Source: Clostridia bacterium
Lineage (GTDB): Bacteria > Bacillota > Clostridia > Oscillospirales > SIG627
Length of the DNA stretch: 64,000 nucleotides
Direction of reading: 5' to 3'
Assembly (NCBI GenBank): GCA_017467865.1
Contig: JAFUKG010000032.1
Coordinates: 53,521-117,520, forward strand
The translations under genes and the position numbers were made by a program. Shown one piece after another: positions 44,999 to 54,795 of this stretch. Numbering within the stretch: position 1 is the first letter of the stretch; every line of letters begins with the position of its first letter. The notes under the pieces are model-generated. The model was not told where the DNA came from, searched no databases, and saw nothing but the letters and a program-made list of their open reading frames with translations.

Positions 44999-45481
44999 AT
45001 GGAAATAATAAAGGAAAAGACCTGCTCGTTTTTCGGTCACAGAAAAATTGAAGTTACAGAGGGGTTGAAAAAGAGGCTTTTGGAGGCGGTTGAAGAGCTG
45101 ATTTTAAAAAGCGGAGTGGACACCTTTCTGTTTGGCAGCAGAAGTGATTTCGATAAATTATCTCTTGAAACGGTAACTCTTTTAAAAGAAAAATATCCTC
45201 ACGTAAAAAGAATTTACGTGAGGGCGGAATTTCCATATATTAACGAAAGCTACACGGCGTATCTTATGAAAAAGTACGATTTTACATATTATCCCGAAAA
45301 AATCTTAAATTCGGGAAAGGCAGTTTACGTAGAACGAAATCGGGAAATGATAGACAAAAGTAATTTTTGCATAGTATTTTATGACGAACACTACACACCG
45401 ACAAAGAAAACCGTCAGCGGAACGGCAACGGCTTATCTTTATGCGCTCTACAAAAAGCTGAAGGTAATAAATTTATTTTAA
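44999..45481 (+). CDS. SLOG-fold (DUF1273/YpsA-like) family protein
   Basis: The start is the ATG at 44999, after the RBS AGGAGAAG. KTCSFFGHRKI followed by GVDTFLFGSRSDFD resembles the CxFTGHR...G-G motifs that I associate with DUF1273/SLOG proteins. This family call is from memory only. Confidence 0.55.
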   Translation: MEIIKEKTCSFFGHRKIEVTEGLKKRLLEAVEELILKSGVDTFLFGSRSDFDKLSLETVTLLKEKYPHVKRIYVRAEFPYINESYTAYLMKKYDFTYYPEKILNSGKAVYVERNREMIDKSNFCIVFYDEHYTPTKKTVSGTATAYLYALYKKLKVINLF

Positions 45482-45596
45482 ATAAAAAAGTTTTCTCTCA
45501 AGTTACTTGAATAAAATATAAATTTATGCTAAAATAACAAAAAACTTAGGACAAGCAAAACTTGTCCTTTTTGGCGTTTGCAGAGTTGGAGTAGGA

Positions 45597-48500
45597 ATGA
45601 ATATTTTACTGAGTGCATTAAGAAAAGAAAGTGAATATAAAAAGCTGGCTGAAAGTGCAACGAAGGGCGGGAGATACCTTGTAACGGGCATTTCCGACAG
45701 TCTTTACGCTCTTAGTGTTGCCTCTCTTTTTAAAGATACGAAAAGAAAGATAGTGGCAATTTTCCCAGATGAAAAGGATGCCATATCCTTGTCGGGAGAG
45801 CTTCAGAGCTTTGGGGTAAGGTGTCTTACTCTGCCATCCCGTGACTTCTTTTTCGGGAAGGTAGACGCCAGAGGACACGATTTCGATTATCTGAGACTGT
45901 CGGCGCTCTCTCAGATAGCCGACGGTGAGTGGGATATTCTCGCCACCACCGCCGAGGCATTTTGTCAGACCACCGTGCCCCGTGATACACTTATCTCTTC
46001 CCGCCTTGAAATAAAGTCGGGGGACTTTACCGATATTGAAATTCTTTCAAAGAAGCTTTCTGATATGGGCTATAAAAGATGTGAGCTGGTTGACGGAAAG
46101 GGACAGTTTTCAAAGAGGGGCGGTATCGTTGACGTATACCCCACTCAGCTTGACTACCCCGTGAGAATAGAATTTTTCGGAGACGAGATAGACTCGGTTT
46201 CCGCCTTTGATATAATGACCCAAAGGAGAATTGACACTCTCGCATCGGTGAGAGTTCTCCCTGCCTTTGAGATATACGCCGATGAGGTGAAGAAGAATGA
46301 ACTTGCCGAAATTTTCCTTGAACGCTCAAAGCGCGAGAAGAGGGAAGAGGTAAAACAAGCACTTCTGCGCGAAAGAGAAAAGCTCATGAGCACGGGGGCG
46401 GTAGAGTTTGAGGTGTACACCGACGTAATCTACCCCGAATGCGAGACCGCCTACGACTATCTTGACAAGGATACAACTCTCTGCCTTTTCGACTCCCACA
46501 AAATAAAGGAACGTATGAACGGCGTTATGTCACTTTTGGAGGAAACCGTTGAGGGACTTTTAGAGAGCCGTCCCGAGCTTTGGGCTATGGGAGGTTCTAT
46601 GGGGCAGAACGGCTGGGACTACCTTGAAGAAATAACCGAGAATAACACCACTCTCGTCTTTAACAGCTTTACTACGGGCGAGAGCATAAGATACAACGAT
46701 ATTTTCTCCTTTGTTACAAGAAAAACAGTTTCTATGGCACAGAACGCCGACCTGTTTTTCGATGACGTGGAGCATTTTGTCTCCCGCGGATACAGCGTTG
46801 TAATTCTCAGCGCAAACTCCATATCATCGAATAACCTTATCGACTCCTTGAACGCAAGAGGTATTAAGGCACACCTTTCTGAAATAGACGGCGAAGAGGT
46901 AGAGGGCAGTGTTGCGGTAGTGTCGGTTATGACGGGTGATAAGACTGCAGTTACCTTGAAGGAGGGCTTCGAGCTTGTAAAGAGCAATTTCGTCCTTCTG
47001 ACTGACCGTCCCGGTGACGAGGAGAGACGCGCTTCAAGACGCCACAGAGTAAAATATAAGAGCTCCTCAAAGGAGCGCATAATGTCATATAACGACCTTG
47101 AGGTTGGGGACTACGTAGTGCACGTAAACCACGGAATAGGTATCTATCAAGGCATAAAGAGTATGATAGTCGATAACGTACAAAAGGACTATCTTGTCAT
47201 AAAGTATGGGGGAGACGACGTCTTGTATCTGCCCTGCAACAATCTTGACTCTATCTCAAAGTATATCGGAGGGGGAGCAGAGGGCTCTGTCAAGCTTAAC
47301 CGCCTTGGCTCTGCCGAGTGGAAAAAGGCGAAGAGCCGTGCAAAATCGGCGGCAAGCGACATTGCCAAGGAGCTTATAAAGCTCTACTCCGCCCGCCGTT
47401 CAATAAAGGGACATGCCTTTTCTCCCGATACCCCTTGGCAGGCAGAGTTCGAGGGTGCCTTTGAGTACGACGAAACCGATGGACAGCTTATGGCGGTAGA
47501 GGAGATAAAGCGTGACATGGAAAGCGAAGTGCCCATGGACAGACTCCTTTGCGGTGACGTAGGCTTCGGTAAAACCGAGGTGGCGCTGAGAGGACTCTTC
47601 AAGTGCGTTATGGACTCCATGCAAGCGGCAGTCCTTGCCCCCACAACAGTTCTTGCATGGCAGCACTACAACACCATTCTGACCCGTTTCAGAGGCTTCC
47701 CCGTAAACGTGGCTCTTCTTTCGCGCTTTTCTACCCCCAAGGAGATAAAAAAAGCCCTTGAGGGCGTGAAGAACGGAAGCGTTGATATAGTGGTAGGTAC
47801 TCACCGCCTTTTACAAAAGGACGTGGAGTTCAAGCGTCTCGGCTTCCTTGTGGTTGACGAGGAGCAACGCTTTGGCGTAACACACAAAGAAAAGCTTAAG
47901 GAAATGGCAAAGGGAGTGGACGTGCTTACCCTTACCGCAACGCCTATTCCCAGAACTCTCAATATGGCTCTCAGCGGTATCAGGGATATGTCACTTCTCG
48001 AAGAAGCCCCCGGTGACCGCTTCCCCGTACAGACCTACGTTCTTGAATTTGACGAAGCCACGATTTATGAAGCCATTCGCCGTGAGGTAAGGCGTGGTGG
48101 ACAGGTGTTCTATCTTATCAATAACACCGAGCTTCTCGACGGAAGAGCGAAAAGGATAATGGACAACGTTGACGGCGTAACTGTTGCCACCGCCCACGGA
48201 CACCTTGACCGTGATGAGCTTTCCGAGATATGGCGTGATATGTACGACGGAAAAATAGACGTTCTTGTGTGCACCACCATTATCGAGACGGGTATCGACG
48301 TACCTAACGCCAACACCCTTATTATCGAGAATGCCGACCACTACGGACTAAGTCAGCTTCATCAGATAAGAGGACGTGTGGGACGAAGCAACCGAAAGGC
48401 GTGGGCGTATCTTACCTACCGACCTCACAAGGTACTCACCGAGGTTGCCGAAAAGAGACTTTCCGCCATTAAAGAATACACCGAGTTCGGCTCGGGCTTC

Positions 48501-49121
48501 AAGATAGCTATGCGTGACCTCGAAATAAGAGGTGCAGGAAACGTTCTGGGCTCGGAGCAGCACGGACATATGGACAGCGTGGGCTACGACCTTTATATCA
48601 GAATGCTTGACGAGGCAATGAAGCTTGAAAGAGGGGAGACGGTAGAGGAAAGCGTAGAGGAAGCCGACACCCTTATCGACTTATCTCTTGACGCCTATAT
48701 TCCCAAAAGCTACGTCACAAGCGAGAAGCTGAGAATTGATATTTACAAGAAGATAGCAGAGCTTGAAAGCGAGGATGACGTCTCCGAGCTTATCGACGAG
48801 CTCATTGACCGCTTCGGCGAGCCCTCAAAGAGCGTGACAAATCTTGTGGCAATATCAAGGCTGAGAAAGAGACTGAGGAAGCTTGGCGTTTTAAAGACCG
48901 TTCAAAACGGAGAGGCGGTTTATATCTATACCGACCTGACACACTTGAAGCCTGCCGAAGCTCTTTGTATGTTCTATCAGAATAATAAGCTCACCTTCCG
49001 CTCTTCCGCAAAGCCCTATTTCGTCTTAAAGACCGATAAGAAAAATACCCTTGTAGACCTTGAAATATTCACCGACGGCTTTGAAGAGATAATAAGACGC
49101 TTTGAGGAAAGTGAAAAATGA
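45597..49121 (+). CDS. mfd: Transcription-repair coupling factor Mfd
   Basis: 1174 aa. The CarD-like RID is DYVVHVNHGIGIYQG. The helicase motifs are GDVGFGKTEVA, DEEQRFGV and TATPIPRT, and the TRG motif region is QLHQIRGRVGRS. Confidence 0.97.
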   Translation: MNILLSALRKESEYKKLAESATKGGRYLVTGISDSLYALSVASLFKDTKRKIVAIFPDEKDAISLSGELQSFGVRCLTLPSRDFFFGKVDARGHDFDYLRLSALSQIADGEWDILATTAEAFCQTTVPRDTLISSRLEIKSGDFTDIEILSKKLSDMGYKRCELVDGKGQFSKRGGIVDVYPTQLDYPVRIEFFGDEIDSVSAFDIMTQRRIDTLASVRVLPAFEIYADEVKKNELAEIFLERSKREKREEVKQALLREREKLMSTGAVEFEVYTDVIYPECETAYDYLDKDTTLCLFDSHKIKERMNGVMSLLEETVEGLLESRPELWAMGGSMGQNGWDYLEEITENNTTLVFNSFTTGESIRYNDIFSFVTRKTVSMAQNADLFFDDVEHFVSRGYSVVILSANSISSNNLIDSLNARGIKAHLSEIDGEEVEGSVAVVSVMTGDKTAVTLKEGFELVKSNFVLLTDRPGDEERRASRRHRVKYKSSSKERIMSYNDLEVGDYVVHVNHGIGIYQGIKSMIVDNVQKDYLVIKYGGDDVLYLPCNNLDSISKYIGGGAEGSVKLNRLGSAEWKKAKSRAKSAASDIAKELIKLYSARRSIKGHAFSPDTPWQAEFEGAFEYDETDGQLMAVEEIKRDMESEVPMDRLLCGDVGFGKTEVALRGLFKCVMDSMQAAVLAPTTVLAWQHYNTILTRFRGFPVNVALLSRFSTPKEIKKALEGVKNGSVDIVVGTHRLLQKDVEFKRLGFLVVDEEQRFGVTHKEKLKEMAKGVDVLTLTATPIPRTLNMALSGIRDMSLLEEAPGDRFPVQTYVLEFDEATIYEAIRREVRRGGQVFYLINNTELLDGRAKRIMDNVDGVTVATAHGHLDRDELSEIWRDMYDGKIDVLVCTTIIETGIDVPNANTLIIENADHYGLSQLHQIRGRVGRSNRKAWAYLTYRPHKVLTEVAEKRLSAIKEYTEFGSGFKIAMRDLEIRGAGNVLGSEQHGHMDSVGYDLYIRMLDEAMKLERGETVEESVEEADTLIDLSLDAYIPKSYVTSEKLRIDIYKKIAELESEDDVSELIDELIDRFGEPSKSVTNLVAISRLRKRLRKLGVLKTVQNGEAVYIYTDLTHLKPAEALCMFYQNNKLTFRSSAKPYFVLKTDKKNTLVDLEIFTDGFEEIIRRFEESEK

Positions 49122-49178
49122 TTGAAATATTCATAAATAGGTTGTATAATTAATAAAACGCAAAAAAGAGGATATGAA

Positions 49179-50219
49179 ATGAACAAGAGATTTTTAGCTT
49201 TACTGTTAGTTCTTGTATTAACACTTTCCTCTTGCTCTTCGGTGAAGAGCGAGACGGTGTTCGCATACGGCGATGCAGTAATGAACGAGAACCTGTATTT
49301 TTACGAGCTTGCCATGATGAAGACTCAGCTTTTGCAGGAGTATTCGGGGGCGACCACCGACGTGCCTGCCCTTTGGGCAAGTGAGATTGGTGAGAACGTA
49401 ACCTTTGGCGATTACGCATACGCACAGTGTCAGATGAATATTGCCACCGTTCTTTTCTTCGCTGATTACGCTATGAAAAACGGGGGCGAGCTGACAAGTG
49501 AAGATAAAAAGACCATCGACACCGCAATTGATGATATTATAAGCGAGATGGGTTCAAAGTCGGCGGTAAACAAATATCTTGAAACCTACACCATAAACCT
49601 TGATATGTACCGCGACTATCTTGAGCTTTACGCCCTTTATAACAAGGGCATCACCCTTGCCTACTCCGAAAACGGCGATTATGCTATCACGAGAGAGGAT
49701 ATGATGGAGTACTACAAGAATAACTTCGTCACCGTGAAGCACATCGCTATCGGCACCGAGTATGCAGGCACCGACGAGGACGGAAATTTCGTTTATTACA
49801 CCGAAGAGGAGAAGAAGGAAAAGCGCGAGCTTATCGACTCCATAACCACAGCCCTTGAAAACGGCGAGGACTTCGACAAGTTCTATTCTCTCAGCGAGGA
49901 TAAAAGCCATGAAACCTACCCCGACGGCTACACCATAACAAAGGGAGTCCTTGACACAAGTATGCAGGGCTACGAAAACGTTGCCTTCGCTCTTGCGGAA
50001 GGGGAGTGGGATACCTTCGAGCTTGAGGGCACAAGCCTTTATATAATCAAGCGTGTACCTCTCCTTGAATCGGACTTCACAAACTGCGCCAATAACATTC
50101 TCACCACTCTTGTGCAGGTGGATATGGCAGAAACAGTTATTGAAAACTACGATAACTTTATTATGAATCAGGATATTATCGACAACTACAATATGGCGAT
50201 GGTGCCCGTTGTTTCTTAA
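49179..50219 (+). CDS. PrsA/SurA-like foldase lipoprotein (degenerate parvulin domain), paralog 1
   Basis: The lipobox is LTLSSCSS. FVTVKHIAIG...DGYTITKGVL..VAFALAEGEW..LYIIKRV has parvulin-like topology. Confidence 0.65.
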   Translation: MNKRFLALLLVLVLTLSSCSSVKSETVFAYGDAVMNENLYFYELAMMKTQLLQEYSGATTDVPALWASEIGENVTFGDYAYAQCQMNIATVLFFADYAMKNGGELTSEDKKTIDTAIDDIISEMGSKSAVNKYLETYTINLDMYRDYLELYALYNKGITLAYSENGDYAITREDMMEYYKNNFVTVKHIAIGTEYAGTDEDGNFVYYTEEEKKEKRELIDSITTALENGEDFDKFYSLSEDKSHETYPDGYTITKGVLDTSMQGYENVAFALAEGEWDTFELEGTSLYIIKRVPLLESDFTNCANNILTTLVQVDMAETVIENYDNFIMNQDIIDNYNMAMVPVVS

Positions 50220-50231
50220 AGGAGAAAAGTA

Positions 50232-51263
50232 ATGAAAAAGATAATTCTCGCCCTTCTCTTTATTTTTGTTTTTACGTCTTGTGCTTCCAATGACGATGCG
50301 TGGTCTCTTTCCTGCGGCGACACCAGTCTTTCACCGGGCTCATTTTACGCTCAGGCGGTAACCTATAAAAACGATTTCCTTCAAGGATATCTTGGTCTTA
50401 CAGAGGACAGCGCCTCCATATGGACTCAGGATTCTCCCTCGGGGGGCAACGAAAGCGTGGCAGACTCCCTTATGAGAATGGTAGTTGAGGATATGACTCA
50501 ATTCGTATGGGTAGTAGAATACGCCAAGGACAACGGTGCGGTGGTTACAGAGGAAGAGAAAGAAAGCCTTCAGAAGGACTTTGAAGAGATGAAGTCGGGC
50601 TTTACCGACAATGAAGCTTTCCTTGAGTATATCGGCAAGCTGAACGTGACCGAGGAGGAGCTTCACGCCCATCTTAACGAAACGCTCTACTATGACAAGG
50701 GCTTTGAAATGCTCACCTCAGAGGGTGGACTTTATGCCGTTTCTGACGAGGACCTCTTGGAATATTACAAGAATAATTTCTATACCGTCAAGCACGTGTT
50801 CTTTAACGACGTTACTTCAACCGACGAAGAGGGAAACACCGTGACTCTCACCGAGGAGGGCAAGGCAGAAAAGCTTGAAAAGGCGAAAAAAGTTATAGCC
50901 GACCTTGACGAGGGCATTCCCTTTGAAACTCTTTATATGCTCAGCGAGGACGGAGCTTCTACCTCTTTCCCCGATGGTATGACCATCGCCCAGGGCTTTA
51001 CTTCCGACGCTTCCTATGAAGAGGAAGTAATGGCACTTGACATTGGCGAATACAAGCTTATCATCCCCGACAACGGCGGTGTTTACGTAGTGAAGAGAAT
51101 GCCTGTGGATGAGGGTGCCTTCGAGGAATACTATGACTACGTTTACAGTGCAGTGTGTCAGGAGATAACCGAAAAGATTTATTCCGATCATAAAAACGAG
51201 GTGACGGTAAACTACGACCTAATCAACACCTTTGATATTAAGGCGATGCCCGTATTGAATTAA
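50232..51263 (+). CDS. PrsA/SurA-like foldase lipoprotein, paralog 2
   Basis: The lipobox is VFTSCAS. FYTVKHVFFN...DGMTIAQGF..VMALDIGEY..VYVVKRM is colinear with the upstream paralog. Confidence 0.65.
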   Translation: MKKIILALLFIFVFTSCASNDDAWSLSCGDTSLSPGSFYAQAVTYKNDFLQGYLGLTEDSASIWTQDSPSGGNESVADSLMRMVVEDMTQFVWVVEYAKDNGAVVTEEEKESLQKDFEEMKSGFTDNEAFLEYIGKLNVTEEELHAHLNETLYYDKGFEMLTSEGGLYAVSDEDLLEYYKNNFYTVKHVFFNDVTSTDEEGNTVTLTEEGKAEKLEKAKKVIADLDEGIPFETLYMLSEDGASTSFPDGMTIAQGFTSDASYEEEVMALDIGEYKLIIPDNGGVYVVKRMPVDEGAFEEYYDYVYSAVCQEITEKIYSDHKNEVTVNYDLINTFDIKAMPVLN

Positions 51264-51278
51264 AGAAAGGCACTCGGA

Positions 51279-52124
51279 TCATTCCGAGTGCCTTTCTTCG
51301 TATTCTATTTCTTTTTTGATTTTCTTTCGGTATTCTGAGGGCGTCATGCCCACGGATTTTGTGAAAAGCTTACTGAAATAGTATATATCGTTTATTCCCA
51401 CAGCGGTTGCTACCGCCTTGAAGTGAATTCCCGATTTTATCAGGGCTTTGGCTTTGTTTATTCTTATGTCGGTCAGATATTTTATAGGTGATATGCCCAT
51501 TTCCTTTACAAATATCTTGTAGAAGTAACTTTTCTCAATTCCTGCTGCCGCCGCAATACCTTCAACCGAAATGGGAGAGTCGAAGTTATATTCCATAAAA
51601 GCAATACCGCGGTTTATGTAGTTCTTCTTCTGGTCGGCTTTTTCAAGGGCTTTGTCGCTTTCCATGTAGGAGAGTATTTCCAAAAGAAAAGACGTCAGTC
51701 TCCATTCAGATGGATTTTCGGTTTCAATTCCGTAGTTAAGACACTTATAAATTGCGTTGACAAGGGAATTTGAGTTAACGCTTGCTACGGGCTTTTCATG
51801 GGTTATCCCTATTGATTCGTAAATTTTTCCTGCTTCTGTTCCCACAAAATTTACAAAACAAATATTAGTCCTCACGCCGCCCGTGTAGTATTTGATGACC
51901 TCCCCCGGGTAAATGCAGAAAATATCACCCTCGGAATAGTGGAAGGTGCCGTAGGGCGTTTCAAGATATCCTTGACCGTTTATGATATAATGTATTATAT
52001 ACTCGTCCCGAACCGTCGGACCGTGGGAGAAATGTCTGCCGAAAAGTCCTCCTCCGCAAGCGTGGAAGGAGAGGGGCGCATTTCTGTCGCAGCGGGGATT
52101 GACGTAAGTGCCTGAATAAACCAT
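51279..52124 (-). CDS. AraC-family transcriptional regulator (cupin sensor + HTH_18)
   Basis: The start is the ATG at 52124, after the RBS GAGGTG. The N-terminal cupin-like region is HYIINGQGYLETP..GDIFCIYPG. The C-terminal AraC HTH is SYFYKIFVKEMGISPIKYL..ATAVGINDIYYFSKLFTKSVGMTPSEYRK. Confidence 0.85.
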   Translation of the reverse strand: MVYSGTYVNPRCDRNAPLSFHACGGGLFGRHFSHGPTVRDEYIIHYIINGQGYLETPYGTFHYSEGDIFCIYPGEVIKYYTGGVRTNICFVNFVGTEAGKIYESIGITHEKPVASVNSNSLVNAIYKCLNYGIETENPSEWRLTSFLLEILSYMESDKALEKADQKKNYINRGIAFMEYNFDSPISVEGIAAAAGIEKSYFYKIFVKEMGISPIKYLTDIRINKAKALIKSGIHFKAVATAVGINDIYYFSKLFTKSVGMTPSEYRKKIKKEIEYEERHSE

Positions 52125-52263
52125 AAAATCACCTCGACTCATTCTATCACACAAAAAAAGAAAATGCAATAAAATTACAAAAAACAGACTATTATATTAC
52201 ATTGTAAAAAAAGGCTAAGATGTTAAAATGTAACTATAGTAATACAAAAAGAGAGGTAAAAAT

Positions 52264-54228
52264 ATGTACGTACACAGACTTGGCTCTGCTTTTTTAGAGC
52301 ATGAAGAAAGAATAAACGATTTTTTAAAATTTATTGACCTTTACCCCAACAGTTGTCATGAGGTTTGGCTTTCAAGCACTTACGGATTTCCTAAGACCGA
52401 AAAGCATCTTGAATATGCCCGTAAATTGAAGCCTCTTGCAAAGCGATTCAGAGATAAAGGCATAAAGGTATCTCTCCAGATTTCCAATACCCTCGGTCAC
52501 GGCCCTTCGGGACTGAACAGAGATAATACGGGACTTTTTGATAATCCCGACAACATGATTGTTGATGAAAATGGAGAGAGAAGCAACTGCATTCTTTGCT
52601 CTACTTCTCCTGAAATGCTTGACTATTTGAGAGAAGAGGTAAGAATTTACCTTGAAGAGATAGAGCCCGAGGGCGTTTGGGTTGACGACGATTTGAGACT
52701 TGACATTTCCCACACCTGCTACTGCGACAGATGTATGTCCATCTTCAATGAATTAAATGGTACGAGCTTCACAAGAGAAGATATCGTGAATAATATGCAC
52801 ACCGACAAAGATATCCGTGATAAGTGGGTAAGCTTCAACGCGTGGCGTATGGGCAACGTAGCAAGAGCGGTGGGCGAAACCATACATAAATATTCACCCG
52901 ATACCTACCCTGCGCTTCAGAACGGTGCTCACGGATTTTTAAAGGGCAATTGGCAGAAAGCGGTTTACGATGCATACTATGAGACAACGGGCAACGAGGG
53001 ACACTTCAGACCCGGAGGCGGTGCCTACGATGACCTTGACCCCAACAACTTCTTTTTAAAGGCTAACTACTTTGCCCAGCAAACACGCTGGCTTCCCGAA
53101 AGCGTCAAGGATATCTGCCCCGAGATTGAAAACCTTCCCGACGTAGTTTACGGAAAGTCCATTGCAGGACAGACCTTTGAGACTGCATACTACTTTGCAG
53201 CGGCAGGGGCTACCACTATGAGCTACGCTACTATGATGCGTGTTTACGAGCCTATGGAATGGCTCAGCCTTCAGCTTCGTGATATGTCGAAGAACTACAT
53301 ATATTTCAAGAGAATGGCTGAGGTAAATAAGAGAACGAAATTCGGCGGTGTAGAGCTTTATATGCCCGACACCCCATGGAAGGTTCTTGACTCAAAGAAG
53401 CCCTATGACTGGGAGCCTCACAGAGTAACCGAGGGCACAGAGTTTATACACTGTGCTATCCCCGTTTCTCTTCATAAAAATAACAGAGGTGCAGGTATTC
53501 TCCACGGCGCTCATGCTGAGGGTATGACTGACGAGGAGATTGAAAAGCTCCTTTCGGAGAACGTGTTCTGCGACGGAAGAGCCGCCGAAATCGTATGTCA
53601 GCGCGGATTTGGAAAGGACCTTGGAATCACTATTGAAAAGCGTGACGTGAGACAGTTCACCGCAACCTATAATATGGAGCACCCCGCTTGTGAGGGCTTG
53701 TACAGTAAGAACTGGTCTATGAACTTCTTCGGCTCATGGCATTACGTGGTAACGGGCGGTAACTTTGAAACCGTCACCGAATATAAGGGCGTGCGTGACT
53801 CATCTGTATCAGGCGGTGCCTCCGACGTGGTTGTAACCACCTCTAAGGGCGGAAGGTGGTACATTGCGGCTTACACTCCTTGGACTTGGCAGAGTGTACT
53901 CAGCTTCGATAAGAGAAATCAGTATATGAATGCTCTTGAATATATTGGAGCGAAGACCGACGCCGTTCTTCTCGACAGAATTCCCGCAAGAGTTTTCCCG
54001 AGAATAGATGATAACGGCAAGACTGTTGCAGTCTCTCTTGTCAATACAACGGTAGGGGAATCGGGAGAATTACACCTTCTCATTAAGGAGCCCGCAGGTG
54101 ATAAGTTCACCTTCTGTCAGATAAACGGCGAGATGACCGAGGTCAAGGCTGAAAAGACCGACAAGGGCACCTTGGTAACATTTCCCTCCGTCAGACCTTG
54201 GGGAGTTGCTACTGTTTTTGTAGATTAA
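52264..54228 (+). CDS. Hypothetical 654-aa cytoplasmic protein, possibly glycoside-hydrolase-like
   Basis: It is divergent from the AraC regulator and has no signal peptide. The pattern VWLSS...GIKVSLQISNTLGH...GVWVDDDLRL is reminiscent of TIM-barrel glycosidase strands. I cannot assign a family. Confidence 0.6.
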   Translation: MYVHRLGSAFLEHEERINDFLKFIDLYPNSCHEVWLSSTYGFPKTEKHLEYARKLKPLAKRFRDKGIKVSLQISNTLGHGPSGLNRDNTGLFDNPDNMIVDENGERSNCILCSTSPEMLDYLREEVRIYLEEIEPEGVWVDDDLRLDISHTCYCDRCMSIFNELNGTSFTREDIVNNMHTDKDIRDKWVSFNAWRMGNVARAVGETIHKYSPDTYPALQNGAHGFLKGNWQKAVYDAYYETTGNEGHFRPGGGAYDDLDPNNFFLKANYFAQQTRWLPESVKDICPEIENLPDVVYGKSIAGQTFETAYYFAAAGATTMSYATMMRVYEPMEWLSLQLRDMSKNYIYFKRMAEVNKRTKFGGVELYMPDTPWKVLDSKKPYDWEPHRVTEGTEFIHCAIPVSLHKNNRGAGILHGAHAEGMTDEEIEKLLSENVFCDGRAAEIVCQRGFGKDLGITIEKRDVRQFTATYNMEHPACEGLYSKNWSMNFFGSWHYVVTGGNFETVTEYKGVRDSSVSGGASDVVVTTSKGGRWYIAAYTPWTWQSVLSFDKRNQYMNALEYIGAKTDAVLLDRIPARVFPRIDDNGKTVAVSLVNTTVGESGELHLLIKEPAGDKFTFCQINGEMTEVKAEKTDKGTLVTFPSVRPWGVATVFVD

Positions 54229-54277
54229 CGGAACTTTTTTATTCCTTTTCCGTCTAAACGGCAAAAGGAGTGAAGCT

Positions 54278-54766
54278 ATGAAAAAATTAATTTTGGTACT
54301 CGTCGCCCTTATCCTTACTTTTACGGGCTGTGAAAAGGAAGAAATTGCAGCGGAAGATCCAAAGATACCTCTTGAAGAAAAGTATTCAAATGAGTGGACG
54401 ATTGAAATGACCGTCAGCGACGTTACCCCCACGGGGCTGAAGGGGAAAATCACCCATTCGGGAGACAACGTGAATGCAATAACCGGTTCAAGATTTGTTT
54501 TGGAAAAGCTTGTTGACGGTGAATGGACAGAAGCGGATGCTCTTTGTGAGCCGGCGTGGTATTTACTTGCATATCCTATTCCCAACAACGACAGCTATGA
54601 GTTTGATGTGAATTGGGAGTGGCTATATGGAACTCTTCTCTCAGGTCATTACCGCATAGTTAAGGATGTAAGAATAGAAGGTACTCGCCTTAATGAATAT
54701 CAAGGTATTAAGAGAATAGAACACTTCATAGAAGAAAAAATACTTTATGCAGAATTTGATATCTGA
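54278..54766 (+). CDS. Hypothetical lipoprotein
   Basis: The lipobox is LTFTGCE. The 162-aa protein is beta-rich, and I recognise no family. Confidence 0.7.
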   Translation: MKKLILVLVALILTFTGCEKEEIAAEDPKIPLEEKYSNEWTIEMTVSDVTPTGLKGKITHSGDNVNAITGSRFVLEKLVDGEWTEADALCEPAWYLLAYPIPNNDSYEFDVNWEWLYGTLLSGHYRIVKDVRIEGTRLNEYQGIKRIEHFIEEKILYAEFDI

Positions 54767-54795
54767 AAAAACGGCGGAGAAATCCGCCGTTTTTT
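54766..54795. terminator. Bidirectional intrinsic terminator between convergent genes
   Basis: aaaaaacggcgga-gaaa-tccgccgtttttt. Confidence 0.8.
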
